Source of the DNA: a virus
IMG/VR virus record: IMGVR_UViG_3300049847_000321
Location: 4,754-68,753 of that record
Direction: 5' to 3' (one strand)
DNA length: 64,000 nucleotides
Shown here: piece after piece, positions 37,329 through 45,939 of the stretch
Numbering within the stretch: position 1 is the first letter of the stretch
Layout of the letters: each line of letters opens with the position of its first letter
Position numbers and translations under genes: made by a program
The notes under the pieces: generated by a model
Database searches by the model: none
What the model saw: only the letters and a program-made list of their open reading frames with translations
Told to the model about the DNA's origin: nothing

Positions 37329-38867
37329 TTATTTTGCAAGACCGTTGCGAGCAGGACGTTTCGTTCCTTGCTTACTTGAAGCCGGCCCTTTCGGTTGATC
37401 TTTCTTCTTCCAGACTTTATCAGTCCGTCGTTTCGCCTGCGCATCACGCGCGGCCAAAATTGCTTCCGCTCGATCCTGTGGGATCGACAACACATCCATA
37501 AGGAACTCAAGGTTCGGAACCAATTCTTCCGAACCTGAAGTGACATATTGCAAGATCGCCTGTGCCCGTTTCATGCCCACATCCGCTTTGTCCTTATCGG
37601 CCATAGCGTTCAAATCTGACCAATTGGCGATGTATCGCTTTGCCGGTGGCAGAACACCGACTTTAATCAGTCGATCAACAAATGGATATATAATCATCGG
37701 ATTGATGTACATTTGTTGGCGACGTGATAATCGACGATTCCAAGTTGAAGAATCCTGCGTTGAAGCCAAATGACCAGCTTCTGAGCCTCGGAATATACGA
37801 AGCGGCACTCCTATAGAAGTGCAAATGGCCTCCAATTGAACATTGACATGTTTTTCTGGATTGGCGACATTCGGATTCAACGGGACGATCTTAACGCCTG
37901 TCACAGCAAGAAACCGTTTTAGATGATTTGAGTAATCATCCATTTGTTGTTTGATTGTATCTTCGTCAATGTCACCTTCACCGACAAGATCGGGGAGCGT
38001 TTCAAACCCCATTCCGGGGAAACCTCCCTTCCATAACATTTCAGCAGAACCTCCATAAGTCTTGCGCAAATCGAGACAGCGATTCAACACCGTTTGCAGC
38101 CTAGGCGTACCTAGAATTTCACTTGATTTGCGGTTATCGGCAATATGCTGAATCCGAGACCAATGCACCCGGGCAGGCATAAGAGAGGTCTGAACGTTCT
38201 GGCTGCCCATATTTCTAGGATCAACAAAATTGATATTATACCACAAGGGTTGGCCATATCTTGGATTTGTCACATCCTCAACGTATGCGCCAATTTGCAC
38301 ATTGACTTCACTGAACGTTCTCAGCCATAGCAATTTGCGCTCAGGTAATGCCCCTGTCCGTGATCTGACTTGTTCATTTCGTTCATTGATGCCCGGCACG
38401 GGCTGATCTAAAGGACGGCCATCGTCGAAGCCCATGAGAACGATACCGAATTGACCTATGCCACTCAATTCGTCGATTCGATGAAGATAATGCCATGGGT
38501 TGATCTGAAAGACCAAATCTTCCCAGGCCTGTTCAAACGGACTGGTCTTTGAATCTTCACTTTCGACTAATTCTGGATACAAAGACCAACATTCATCAGG
38601 GTAGACACTGACAACCCGAGTGGCGATACCTTCACGATCATACAATTCCTGATAAGTGCGAATATCAGGGCTATCGGGGTATTTACAATCGGCATTGAGA
38701 TTGCGACCTGTGCCGTCAAGCATTCGAGCGAATTGACCACGAAGAAGTTCCAAATTCTGAATGAATTGGTTCGCAGAAAAGATTTGTGAGACACGAGAAG
38801 GGGTAGAAAGCGGTCCCGCCGCCTTTACTACCCCATTATTGCTCACTTTACCATTTTTGCTTGACAT
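37329..38867 (-). CDS. Portal protein (DUF1073 type)
   Basis: YDREGIATRVVSVYPDECW, RVHWSRIQH, G.P.L..V.NR..DL.K..GGSAE..WK, IPLRIFRG.E.G.LAST.D. Confidence 0.88.
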   Translation of the reverse strand: MSSKNGKVSNNGVVKAAGPLSTPSRVSQIFSANQFIQNLELLRGQFARMLDGTGRNLNADCKYPDSPDIRTYQELYDREGIATRVVSVYPDECWSLYPELVESEDSKTSPFEQAWEDLVFQINPWHYLHRIDELSGIGQFGIVLMGFDDGRPLDQPVPGINERNEQVRSRTGALPERKLLWLRTFSEVNVQIGAYVEDVTNPRYGQPLWYNINFVDPRNMGSQNVQTSLMPARVHWSRIQHIADNRKSSEILGTPRLQTVLNRCLDLRKTYGGSAEMLWKGGFPGMGFETLPDLVGEGDIDEDTIKQQMDDYSNHLKRFLAVTGVKIVPLNPNVANPEKHVNVQLEAICTSIGVPLRIFRGSEAGHLASTQDSSTWNRRLSRRQQMYINPMIIYPFVDRLIKVGVLPPAKRYIANWSDLNAMADKDKADVGMKRAQAILQYVTSGSEELVPNLEFLMDVLSIPQDRAEAILAARDAQAKRRTDKVWKKKDQPKGPASSKQGTKRPARNGLAK

Positions 38868-38981
38868 ACGAACACCTTAGAAAATCCTGCCGTCGGCCCA
38901 AGACCGGCTTCGCCATACCGATTACCTAGCTTACGAGGGAAGGCCATACCCTACCAACGGCAGGAAGACCGTCATACTCGT

Positions 38982-39377
38982 TTACACAAAGGTGATTGGA
39001 GTGGTAATGTTGGAGCCGTCGGGACATTCCAGCACGAAATAGAACGTCTTGGCGCTCGACTCTGAAATCGTGAAGCTAAACACACCAGCGGCAGTACACC
39101 TAAATCGTGCCCGTTTGTTGGTCGTGATTGTCTCCAGCGTGCCGCTGACTTGTGCCCAACCGCCAGTTGGGGCAGATGCCGCCAGTGAAGCCCCAATAGA
39201 ATCGTCACTTAGATAGCCTTCCAAGTGAACGGCTTGCGCGATGTTTGCACCGCGATCATTTTTCAGTTGCACCGTCACAGTGATGGTGTCAGAGGCTTCG
39301 GCACCGACCGTAACGGTCGCCAGACCCCAAACAAAACTCTTCCACGGGGAGTGTTTTCGATCAATTTGGTTTGGCAT
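38982..39377 (-). CDS. Hypothetical Ig-like structural protein
   Basis: SD AAGGAG before ATG 39377; beta-rich. Confidence 0.6.
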   Translation of the reverse strand: MPNQIDRKHSPWKSFVWGLATVTVGAEASDTITVTVQLKNDRGANIAQAVHLEGYLSDDSIGASLAASAPTGGWAQVSGTLETITTNKRARFRCTAAGVFSFTISESSAKTFYFVLECPDGSNITTPITFV

Positions 39378-39681
39378 AGCACAAACTCCTTTATCAGGAT
39401 TGGGGCAATTGTCGCATCGCCCAACTATAGGGCGGTTCACATGCGGAGAATGATACAAAAGTTCCGCTAGATAGTCAATCGTCCGCAAAAATTCCGTATT
39501 TATGAGATTTTGATAACCTTATATTTTTTGCTAACCCGTGTCTCAAATGAGAAAAGTATGAAAATATCGAATTTTACCATAAAAAAGGCCAAAAAAGTGT
39601 AGACTGCACCACTCATTTCAATAAACTACGTTTGATGCGCTCAATAGATGAGCATATCAAGACATAAAAAGGAGTAAATGT

Positions 39682-39984
39682 ATGATGAGAGAAGGGTTGT
39701 TGCGATCTTTCCTTGTTGAAGTCAAGGCATTTCAACTACTGGCGTTGGCTCAGATGGTTGAAGATCGAATCGAACGCTGTGTTATGTCATCTCATGATCC
39801 GATTATGCTATGCTTCAACAACAAAGGTCTCGATCTTGACCGTCTCATTTACAAATTTGATGAAGGAGTGGAAGACAATGATTTAGAAGATGGTGAAATA
39901 CCGAGCAATTTGGAGGAGTCTGACGACGATGATGAATTGGCATCATCATTTGACCGTGACGATGACGATGAAGAAGGTTTGTAA
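39682..39984 (+). CDS. Hypothetical protein with acidic C-terminal tail inside an inverted repeat
   Basis: AAGGAG SD; the last 49 codons lie within or between the 24-bp inverted repeats. Confidence 0.65.
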   Translation: MMREGLLRSFLVEVKAFQLLALAQMVEDRIERCVMSSHDPIMLCFNNKGLDLDRLIYKFDEGVEDNDLEDGEIPSNLEESDDDDELASSFDRDDDDEEGL

Positions 39985-40001
39985 ATGAGACGGTCAAGAT
40001 C
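39832..40001. repeat. Perfect 24-bp inverted repeat flanking 122 bp
   Basis: GATCTTGACCGTCTCATTTACAAA (39832-39855) and TTTGTAAATGAGACGGTCAAGATC (39978-40001). Confidence 0.97.
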
Positions 40002-40054
40002 CGGACGCTGATCCGGAAAGAGACACTCACTAAACCCTAGAAAGGACTTTTGCC

Positions 40055-40456
40055 ATGAAGATTGAAACATTTGACCGTTCAGCTTGCCGACTTCTCCGAG
40101 ACCGAATCGAAGAAGTCCTGAGTGAAGTGGCCATTCCGCTAGGCATTCACTTAGAAGTAGGTAGAATCAGCTTCTATCCAGAAAATGCAACCGTCAAACT
40201 GACTGCCTCAGTTATCAGAAAGGGTAAAGTTGCTTCACGAGAAGCCAACAACTTTACCTCTCACGCCAAACTTTTCGGTCTTAATCCGAAGTGGCTCAAT
40301 CAAGAGTTCACAAGTTTTGACGGTGCGAAATACGTTATCGTAGGTTGCAGACCGCGATCAAGAAAATATCCGATTCTTGCCAAGTCTGTGACTAACGGCA
40401 GGAATTACAAATTCGCTCCAGAGTCAATTCGCCGATACATGACAGAGGCCGAATGA
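40055..40456 (+). CDS. Conserved phage hypothetical protein
   Basis: AAGGA SD; ...PRSRKYPILAK...YKF pattern. Confidence 0.7.
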   Translation: MKIETFDRSACRLLRDRIEEVLSEVAIPLGIHLEVGRISFYPENATVKLTASVIRKGKVASREANNFTSHAKLFGLNPKWLNQEFTSFDGAKYVIVGCRPRSRKYPILAKSVTNGRNYKFAPESIRRYMTEAE

Positions 40457-40598
40457 AGATAATTCTTGAACACTTGGTCAATAACAATGGCAGACAAATT
40501 ATTTATTCAAGGTGCAGTTTTTTGAAATCATCGACAATACACCTTACCGTGCAAGTCGAGATTGAAAGTCACCCTTAACCTAGTAGGAGAAGACAACC

Positions 40599-40952
40599 GT
40601 GAACAGTAACTCAATCCTCGTGATTCATCCGTATAAGTATTACGGCACTTGGGTATTTGACGATGATCGAGTAGGTTTGCTTCGCGAGGCGTTCGTCGCC
40701 GGGGCCGATCGGATCATCGACCGAATGGTGGAGAATATCCCAAATGCAGATCAGGGCGTCACGATTCTATTCGCTCAAATTCCTTTTCCTGGCCATCAAT
40801 TCAAAGTACAGTGGCGACGGGAAGAAGGCGGTGGCAATGTCTATTATTCCTCAGATTTTGATATTGAGGGCTGGTTGTGTCCTACCCTGTTCAAGTATTT
40901 TGATTCTGCTCCGAAAGAAATGTTCATTCAAATCAAACCCTTACAATCTTAA
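40599..40952 (+). CDS. Conserved hypothetical protein
   Basis: AGGAG SD with GTG start; IHPYKYYGTWVFDD...EAFVAGADRIID...GWLCPTLFKYF. Confidence 0.75.
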   Translation: MNSNSILVIHPYKYYGTWVFDDDRVGLLREAFVAGADRIIDRMVENIPNADQGVTILFAQIPFPGHQFKVQWRREEGGGNVYYSSDFDIEGWLCPTLFKYFDSAPKEMFIQIKPLQS

Positions 40953-40989
40953 AGGGTATAAGGAGTGCGAAATAACTCTAGGTCTTGCG

Positions 40990-41018
40990 AGGCGGGTCTT
41001 GACGGCCCGCCTTTTTTT
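40990..41018 (+). terminator. Intrinsic terminator
   Basis: AGGCGGGTC-ttgac-GGCCCGCCT followed by a T run. Confidence 0.8.
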
Positions 41019-41087
41019 GTGGTTTGTTTTTCATTTTTTGTTCGGTAAAATTTTTTTGGGTCTCACTTTTTTGTTCCTTGGCAGGTA

Positions 41088-41172
41088 GTTCCTAGATTTT
41101 TTTATGGTTAGAACTTTTTTGTTCCTAGATTTTTTTATGGTTAGAACTTTTTTGTTCCTAGATTTTTTTATG
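41088..41172. repeat. Non-coding 33-bp tandem repeat (about 2.6 copies) with T tracts
   Basis: GTTCCTAGATTTTTTTATGGTTAGAACTTTTTT x2 plus a 19-bp partial copy. Confidence 0.95.
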
Positions 41173-41239
41173 TAAATAAGTCGAAAGCCCATATGTCAAC
41201 ATGTATAGATATTTCGTCATGTAATACGTGGTCGCGCAT

Positions 41240-41271
41240 AAAAAAAGCCTAGTCGAATCTCGACTAGGCTT
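41240..41271 (-). terminator. Intrinsic terminator for gene 41327..41773
   Basis: 12-bp stem AAGCCTAGTCGA/TCGACTAGGCTT with a 3-nt loop and a U run on the minus strand. Confidence 0.88.
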
Positions 41272-41326
41272 GCGTGAAGTGAAGTTATGGCCTTAATTCA
41301 TAGCTAACGAATAAATTGCCCCCCCC

Positions 41327-41773
41327 CTATTTGCTTTTCTTGCCCTTGCCCTTACTGGCAGTGGGCAAAGCCGCAATTGCGGCTTTGCTCAATTGCCACG
41401 CGCTGTTATCTTTAGTCGGCACAATGGCCGGGCCGCCCAACGTATTCACTGTCACTTTGTTGTCTGAATTGCCGCTGAGACAAGCCAAGTGGGGCGATAT
41501 TGCCAATGGCAAGTGGCCGTAGTGCGCTTGATACGTCTGCGCTTCGGGCAGCTTTGCCATGAAAGCGATAATGTCGGGCGCGTTGAATTCTGTCGTGCCG
41601 TTCTGATGCAATCGCGCGATCGCCAGATTGTAGAGGCCAGCTCGTGTCATTGGCTTCGAGCCCCAAAAATCGCGCTGGCGCGTCGCCAGTTTGCGAGCGG
41701 GCGCAGCGATAGTAGCGGCGGCGCTGCTCTTGACGTTCTTACTGCTCTTGACGTTCTTAGTAGCTGTTGACAT
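41327..41773 (-). CDS. Stand-alone basic protein (moron-like unit)
   Basis: Has its own promoter and terminator; visibly more GC-rich than neighbours; KNVKSS duplicated. Confidence 0.65.
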   Translation of the reverse strand: MSTATKNVKSSKNVKSSAAATIAAPARKLATRQRDFWGSKPMTRAGLYNLAIARLHQNGTTEFNAPDIIAFMAKLPEAQTYQAHYGHLPLAISPHLACLSGNSDNKVTVNTLGGPAIVPTKDNSAWQLSKAAIAALPTASKGKGKKSK

Positions 41774-41862
41774 TGAAAAGCCCTTGGCCGTTTGGCCGTT
41801 AGTAGTTCGCTGGCCCCGTTGCCATTGTGGCCCCTGTCAGACAGCGATTCAACTACACTCTA

Positions 41863-41890
41863 ATCATATCTGCGCCGTAGTGCGTTGCAA
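41863..41890 (-). promoter_or_regulatory. Sigma70-like promoter
   Basis: TTGCAA-16 bp-TATGAT upstream of 41773. Confidence 0.5.
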
Positions 41891-42074
41891 GTGTAACGCA
41901 CAAAAAAAACGAAAATAATTCTGCCGATTATTAAACTACTCTTAAAATCTATCTCGTGCGTAGTCACATTTATCTACACATCTAATTGATTCAATGTATA
42001 GTTGTTTCAACACGTCAGAATAATGGTTAGAATCACAACGGTAGTGCAACGGAGCTACCGCCGCTGGGCAGAAG

Positions 42075-42194
42075 ACCGTAGGAACTCCGACCATTACACT
42101 TATATAGGTTCCGCGAACCGCCGGTCATACAGATATACGATGGTGTTCACCGTAGGAGCTGCATCACACTTATATGGGTTCCACCGTAGGAGCT
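42075..42194. repeat. Interspersed short direct repeats in non-coding DNA
   Basis: ACCGTAGGARCT at 42075, 42149 and 42183; ACACTTATATRGGTTCC at 42096 and 42166. Confidence 0.9.
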
Positions 42195-42516
42195 CCTGCT
42201 CATACTCAATGGTGATTCCTCACACATACGCGCGTTTATGGGTTTTTCACCTCGACCTATGCTAATATGTCTCATGGTACTCACGTCCTGACAACAAAAG
42301 TTCTCTTGGCAACTGGCACCATATGTTTAGACGAAAGGTTTTGGCCTTGTCCGTTGCGCAGATCGTCTCAGCCCGTCATTGGCCTAGTTTTCTATCGGAC
42401 AACGTTTTAGGCCCGGTTTTGCAAAGGTAGTGAAATATAGCGAATCTTGGTGCGTTCCTTCGTACTTTCTATGGTAATTCCTTTATTTCTCCTATTTATT
42501 TGCGTAGGTGCCTCAT

Positions 42517-42643
42517 CCAAAGCCGTTTTTGCTAGCCGTTTTTGCTCACAAACCCACATTAACCTGTGTTTTTATAGGACAATCCTAACTCAACCCAAAG
42601 CCGTTTTTGCTCATCCTAAAGGGATCCTAAAGGGTTTTTGCTC
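42517..42643. repeat. Clustered short direct repeats in non-coding DNA
   Basis: AGCCGTTTTTGCT x3 (core GTTTTTGCT x4); ATCCTAAAGGG x2 in tandem. Confidence 0.9.
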
Positions 42644-42901
42644 TATTGCTCCCATATTGGCACACCATTGCACTTCCTATATAGCCCTTAATTCGTCCTC
42701 TCTATCTCTCTAGGGCGGCTTAAGTAGAGACTCGCCAACTACTACACTTACTCTACTGGAGAGCTACTATACAGGCTAAGTCCGTGAAGAACACTAGGTT
42801 CTTAGGTCCTTTTGCGTTTTCCGAAAAAATACCAAAACACACTTTTTATGGTTCTTGAGAACTTCCGCAAAAGTGAAATAACCGAGGGTGCTAATACCTA
42901 C

Positions 42902-42930
42902 AAAAAATAGGGCGGTAAGATACCGCCCTA
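42902..42930 (-). terminator. Intrinsic terminator ending the leftward accessory operon
   Basis: TAGGGCGGTA-tct-TACCGCCCTA followed by T6 on the minus strand. Confidence 0.88.
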
Positions 42931-42940
42931 CTGTAACCGT

Positions 42941-43417
42941 TTAATTATCAAACCAACAGATCAATCGTGCTGGTCTATGACCCTGCAAAGCACCGAGCCT
43001 TGCGAATTCCTTCATGATCCACTCGCCTAGAAATTCCCTCAGAGTTAACCTTCTGCCTTCAAATGGATCAATTGTTGTACAACCGCAATCGAACGCTTTA
43101 GGTCCGATCTGTCTAGTCACTCTGCGATCCCAGATTATCTGATCGAAATCCGTACTCAATAAATCATTGAGGTTGCACCAGCAGAAGTTATGGGCACCAT
43201 CATGCCATATGCGGAACTCTTTGAGAACCTCGTCTGACATGTCCAAGGGCACGCCCATTTTCGTACCGTGCCATTGTTCTACACCACTGTAGTTCCTCAC
43301 GTCGGCCAGCCAGCCGAAGAAACCATAGTGTCGGCCGAAGTCAATTTCGGATTTGACACACTTCCACGAGCCGTCGTCCTGTTTGACTTCCAAGTAAGCA
43401 TGAATGTCACAACCCAT
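42941..43417 (-). CDS. Conserved phage hypothetical protein (MGCDIH family)
   Basis: MGCDIHAYLE...RHYGFFGWLADVRNY...RLICWFDN. Confidence 0.8.
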   Translation of the reverse strand: MGCDIHAYLEVKQDDGSWKCVKSEIDFGRHYGFFGWLADVRNYSGVEQWHGTKMGVPLDMSDEVLKEFRIWHDGAHNFCWCNLNDLLSTDFDQIIWDRRVTRQIGPKAFDCGCTTIDPFEGRRLTLREFLGEWIMKEFARLGALQGHRPARLICWFDN

Positions 43418-43452
43418 TTCAGTCTCCTTTTTGATAGGCGATTGGTTAAAGA

Positions 43453-43893
43453 TCAGTCCGAAGAATCAACCTGTTCAACTAGACCGCACTTAGAACATTT
43501 ATACTGGTTCCAGCAGTTACCTAATCTCGCTATGTGTTCCATCTTATGAACACAACCAACGCGATACACTTTGACTTCCTCAGAGCATGTTCCAATGTAC
43601 TCGAACAGGAACGCCTTTTCGTGGAAGATTATCAGCGTCAAGCCGCTGACGTATTTGCTACCTGGCATCTTTGCCTGGAGATACACTTCGAGTTCCGGCG
43701 AGTACATTGACCTCATGTGCCAGTATTCCTTAAGCGGAACCTCAGTGACACACGATTTGGATACACATTGATGACCTTCTTTGCTTATCAATTTGAGGTT
43801 CAGCCAAGGGAACCTTTTATTGAGATACTTCAGGTCGTCTTGAGTCTCTTTTCGGATTGCATGATCGTCGTGTGCCAGTTTGTTAATCAACAT
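43453..43893 (-). CDS. Hypothetical protein with C-terminal Zn ribbon
   Basis: ATG overlaps the cassette copy 2 stop (TGATG); C-terminal CVH...KCSKCG. Confidence 0.65.
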   Translation of the reverse strand: MLINKLAHDDHAIRKETQDDLKYLNKRFPWLNLKLISKEGHQCVSKSCVTEVPLKEYWHMRSMYSPELEVYLQAKMPGSKYVSGLTLIIFHEKAFLFEYIGTCSEEVKVYRVGCVHKMEHIARLGNCWNQYKCSKCGLVEQVDSSD

Positions 43894-44273
43894 CACTTGG
43901 TCTCCTTTCGTTTGAGAAGTAGTTCCAGAATAGCCATGACTTTCTTCCTTAAGTATTCTGCTAATGCAGGTTGTTTGATCCCTAAGTATTCTGCCCATGC
44001 AGGTTGTATGATCCTTTTGTATTCTGCTAATGCAGGTTGTATGATCCTTTCGTATTCTGCTTTTGCAAGTTGTTGAATCCTTTCGTATTCTATCTGCTCT
44101 TGCTCAGTCAGCAGGTTCTCTACTACCCAGTCAATATTAAGTTCCAATTCTAGGAACCTTTCGGCAGTCGCTTTCGTAAGCGGTATGCCGCTAGGCCATT
44201 CGCTTTCTACCAGAGACAGCTGCTTTTGGCAGGCACGTTTCTTTCGTAGAAGGTCTAGTGGTATGATCTTCAT
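43893..44273 (-). CDS. 11-aa repeat cassette protein, copy 2 (4 repeats)
   Basis: 126 aa; flanked by a 30-bp direct repeat with 2 mismatches (43891-43920 and 44271-44300). Confidence 0.85.
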   Translation of the reverse strand: MKIIPLDLLRKKRACQKQLSLVESEWPSGIPLTKATAERFLELELNIDWVVENLLTEQEQIEYERIQQLAKAEYERIIQPALAEYKRIIQPAWAEYLGIKQPALAEYLRKKVMAILELLLKRKETK

Positions 44274-44310
44274 TACTTGGTCTCCTTTCGTTTGCGAAGT
44301 TACTTGGTCT

Positions 44311-44354
44311 GAAGAAAGAAAACCTCTAGCCCCCACGCGGATGAGGGCTAGAGG
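44311..44354 (-). terminator. Intra-operon terminator-like hairpin
   Basis: 10-bp stem CCTCTAGCCC/GGGCTAGAGG with a 12-nt loop, followed by TTTTCTTTC on the minus strand. Confidence 0.6.
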
Positions 44355-44398
44355 AAAAGCCAGAAGGAGACCAATCAAACTGGCTTTATTGTGCGGTA

Positions 44399-44704
44399 CT
44401 ATACCTTAGCTGGGCATTCCTCAATATCAATCTGTATCACAACGCCTGAAGCGTCGGCAAGCACCTCAAGTGCTTCCAATACATGACGTGCTGTTTGGAG
44501 ATCGTCAAACTCTTCCCAACGCTTTCTTGAGAACGGTATACACAAGCCTATCGGATATAAATCCTTTGGCACAATGATTGAATCCTCTTTGAATACACTA
44601 CCTACATAGTAGTATTCTTGATCGTCGGATTCTTTGATGACGATCCTGAAAATTTCTCCGCCAAGAGGCTTTCTCTTGAGGTTCTTAGAAGTTTTGGTCT
44701 TCAT
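44399..44704 (-). CDS. Hypothetical protein
   Basis: GAGG SD; within the operon. Confidence 0.6.
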   Translation of the reverse strand: MKTKTSKNLKRKPLGGEIFRIVIKESDDQEYYYVGSVFKEDSIIVPKDLYPIGLCIPFSRKRWEEFDDLQTARHVLEALEVLADASGVVIQIDIEECPAKV

Positions 44705-44734
44705 TTACGATTCCTCTCTATTTGTTTGTTGCGG

Positions 44735-44941
44735 TCATCTTACGCGAGTGATCCGCGTATCGTCCTCTAAGTAACGGCTTTCACCGACTTTCATTCCTCT
44801 TACAATCTCTGGCTTGAGCTCCGCTGATAGACGCTCCGCCACAACATTCTCTACGACCTTAGTGATAGGGCATCCTTGGCTATTCCTGCCCACATACACC
44901 TCAGTCATAATCAGATGGAAGAGTTTACCTTTCTTCATCAA
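44735..44941 (-). CDS. Hypothetical protein
   Basis: Overlapping stop/start with the upstream gene. Confidence 0.55.
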   Translation of the reverse strand: MMKKGKLFHLIMTEVYVGRNSQGCPITKVVENVVAERLSAELKPEIVRGMKVGESRYLEDDTRITRVR

Positions 44942-45297
44942 CAGACTCCTAATGAGGCCAGTACAGGATGAGCTCCTTTGTAAGCATCGTCACCGATGAC
45001 TTCACAAATGGCACCTTTAATAAAGACCTTTTCCCCATTTCTAGGAATAGGCATTACTCGGATACTATCATCCACTCTTTGAACGATTAGTACCTCACTG
45101 ACACAATGACCTCCGCATTCAATGTAGGTCACATTCAATTCGCCACCGAACAGTGAGATTGTCAGATGCCTACCAAAAGGGGCAGGCACTACAATGACTT
45201 GACCTTCGCACTGTTGAACATGTCCGATGGCTTGGCCATCTGAGTAGTGAGTGCGTGTATAGGTAAAGTCTTTTACAGAAACGGTGCTAATAATCAC
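44938..45297 (-). CDS. Hypothetical protein
   Basis: GAGGAGG SD; coupled to neighbours. Confidence 0.6.
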   Translation of the reverse strand: MIISTVSVKDFTYTRTHYSDGQAIGHVQQCEGQVIVVPAPFGRHLTISLFGGELNVTYIECGGHCVSEVLIVQRVDDSIRVMPIPRNGEKVFIKGAICEVIGDDAYKGAHPVLASLGVC

Positions 45298-45602
45298 GAT
45301 ACTTCCTCCTCAAGCCAGCGACCGTCGAACAGATTCAGAGGACTTACGCCGTCCTTTGATGTTTTCCATCCATCTACAATCAGACGCCGGCAACGTGCGC
45401 ACTGTTGGCTATACGGCCGGATGTTGATGTAGTAAACCTTACAAGTAAGTTCCTCTGTAGGCTTTGGACAATCCTTACAGATCCATCGGCCATTGATTAA
45501 ATAACCGACGTGATCGTAATCCTTCGGCTGTGCCCGTGGGCATGACGCATCATGCTGTGAGTTATCCGTTGATACACAGCACGGTCTAGTTACTTCGTTC
45601 AT
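45294..45602 (-). CDS. Hypothetical Cys-containing protein
   Basis: SD AAGGAGACC before ATG 45602; CKDC and CARC motifs. Confidence 0.6.
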   Translation of the reverse strand: MNEVTRPCCVSTDNSQHDASCPRAQPKDYDHVGYLINGRWICKDCPKPTEELTCKVYYINIRPYSQQCARCRRLIVDGWKTSKDGVSPLNLFDGRWLEEEVS

Positions 45603-45630
45603 CTTCGGTCTCCTTTTGTCAGGCGATTGG

Positions 45631-45939
45631 TTAGAGTTGGATGTCATCACATATGTCACGGACAAAGTTGATTTCGTCCATTGTTGTTTGTTCCGCTTCA
45701 TCTTCCGACATACTATACTCTCCGACGAGAGACGTAATCACATCCTGTAGCCCGTGCCAAGCACGAAGCCACTTCGATCCTTTATGGCGACCGGCCATCG
45801 CTTCTTGACCAAGATTCTCTAAAGCACCAATACACAATCTCTGTGCAGCTTGGTTGCCTTTCATGCACTCTCGGTAAAGATCATTCATTGAATGGAACTT
45901 GCGAAGTTTGCTTTTGGTAAGTCGTTTATATTTGGTCAT
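45631..45939 (-). CDS. Hypothetical protein
   Basis: ATG overlaps the cassette copy 3 stop (TGATG). Confidence 0.6.
   Translation of the reverse strand: MTKYKRLTKSKLRKFHSMNDLYRECMKGNQAAQRLCIGALENLGQEAMAGRHKGSKWLRAWHGLQDVITSLVGEYSMSEDEAEQTTMDEINFVRDICDDIQL

Noticed and set aside
37329-38867. Anti-CBASS Acb1 label sometimes attached to DUF1073 proteins
   Set aside because: Length (512 aa), motifs and position ahead of the head genes fit a portal. No 2H-phosphodiesterase HxT/S pair was recognised.
42002-42713. Short plus-strand ORFs in the repeat-rich intergenic zone
   Set aside because: They start at TTG without an SD, and their composition mirrors the DNA repeats. The region is better treated as non-coding.
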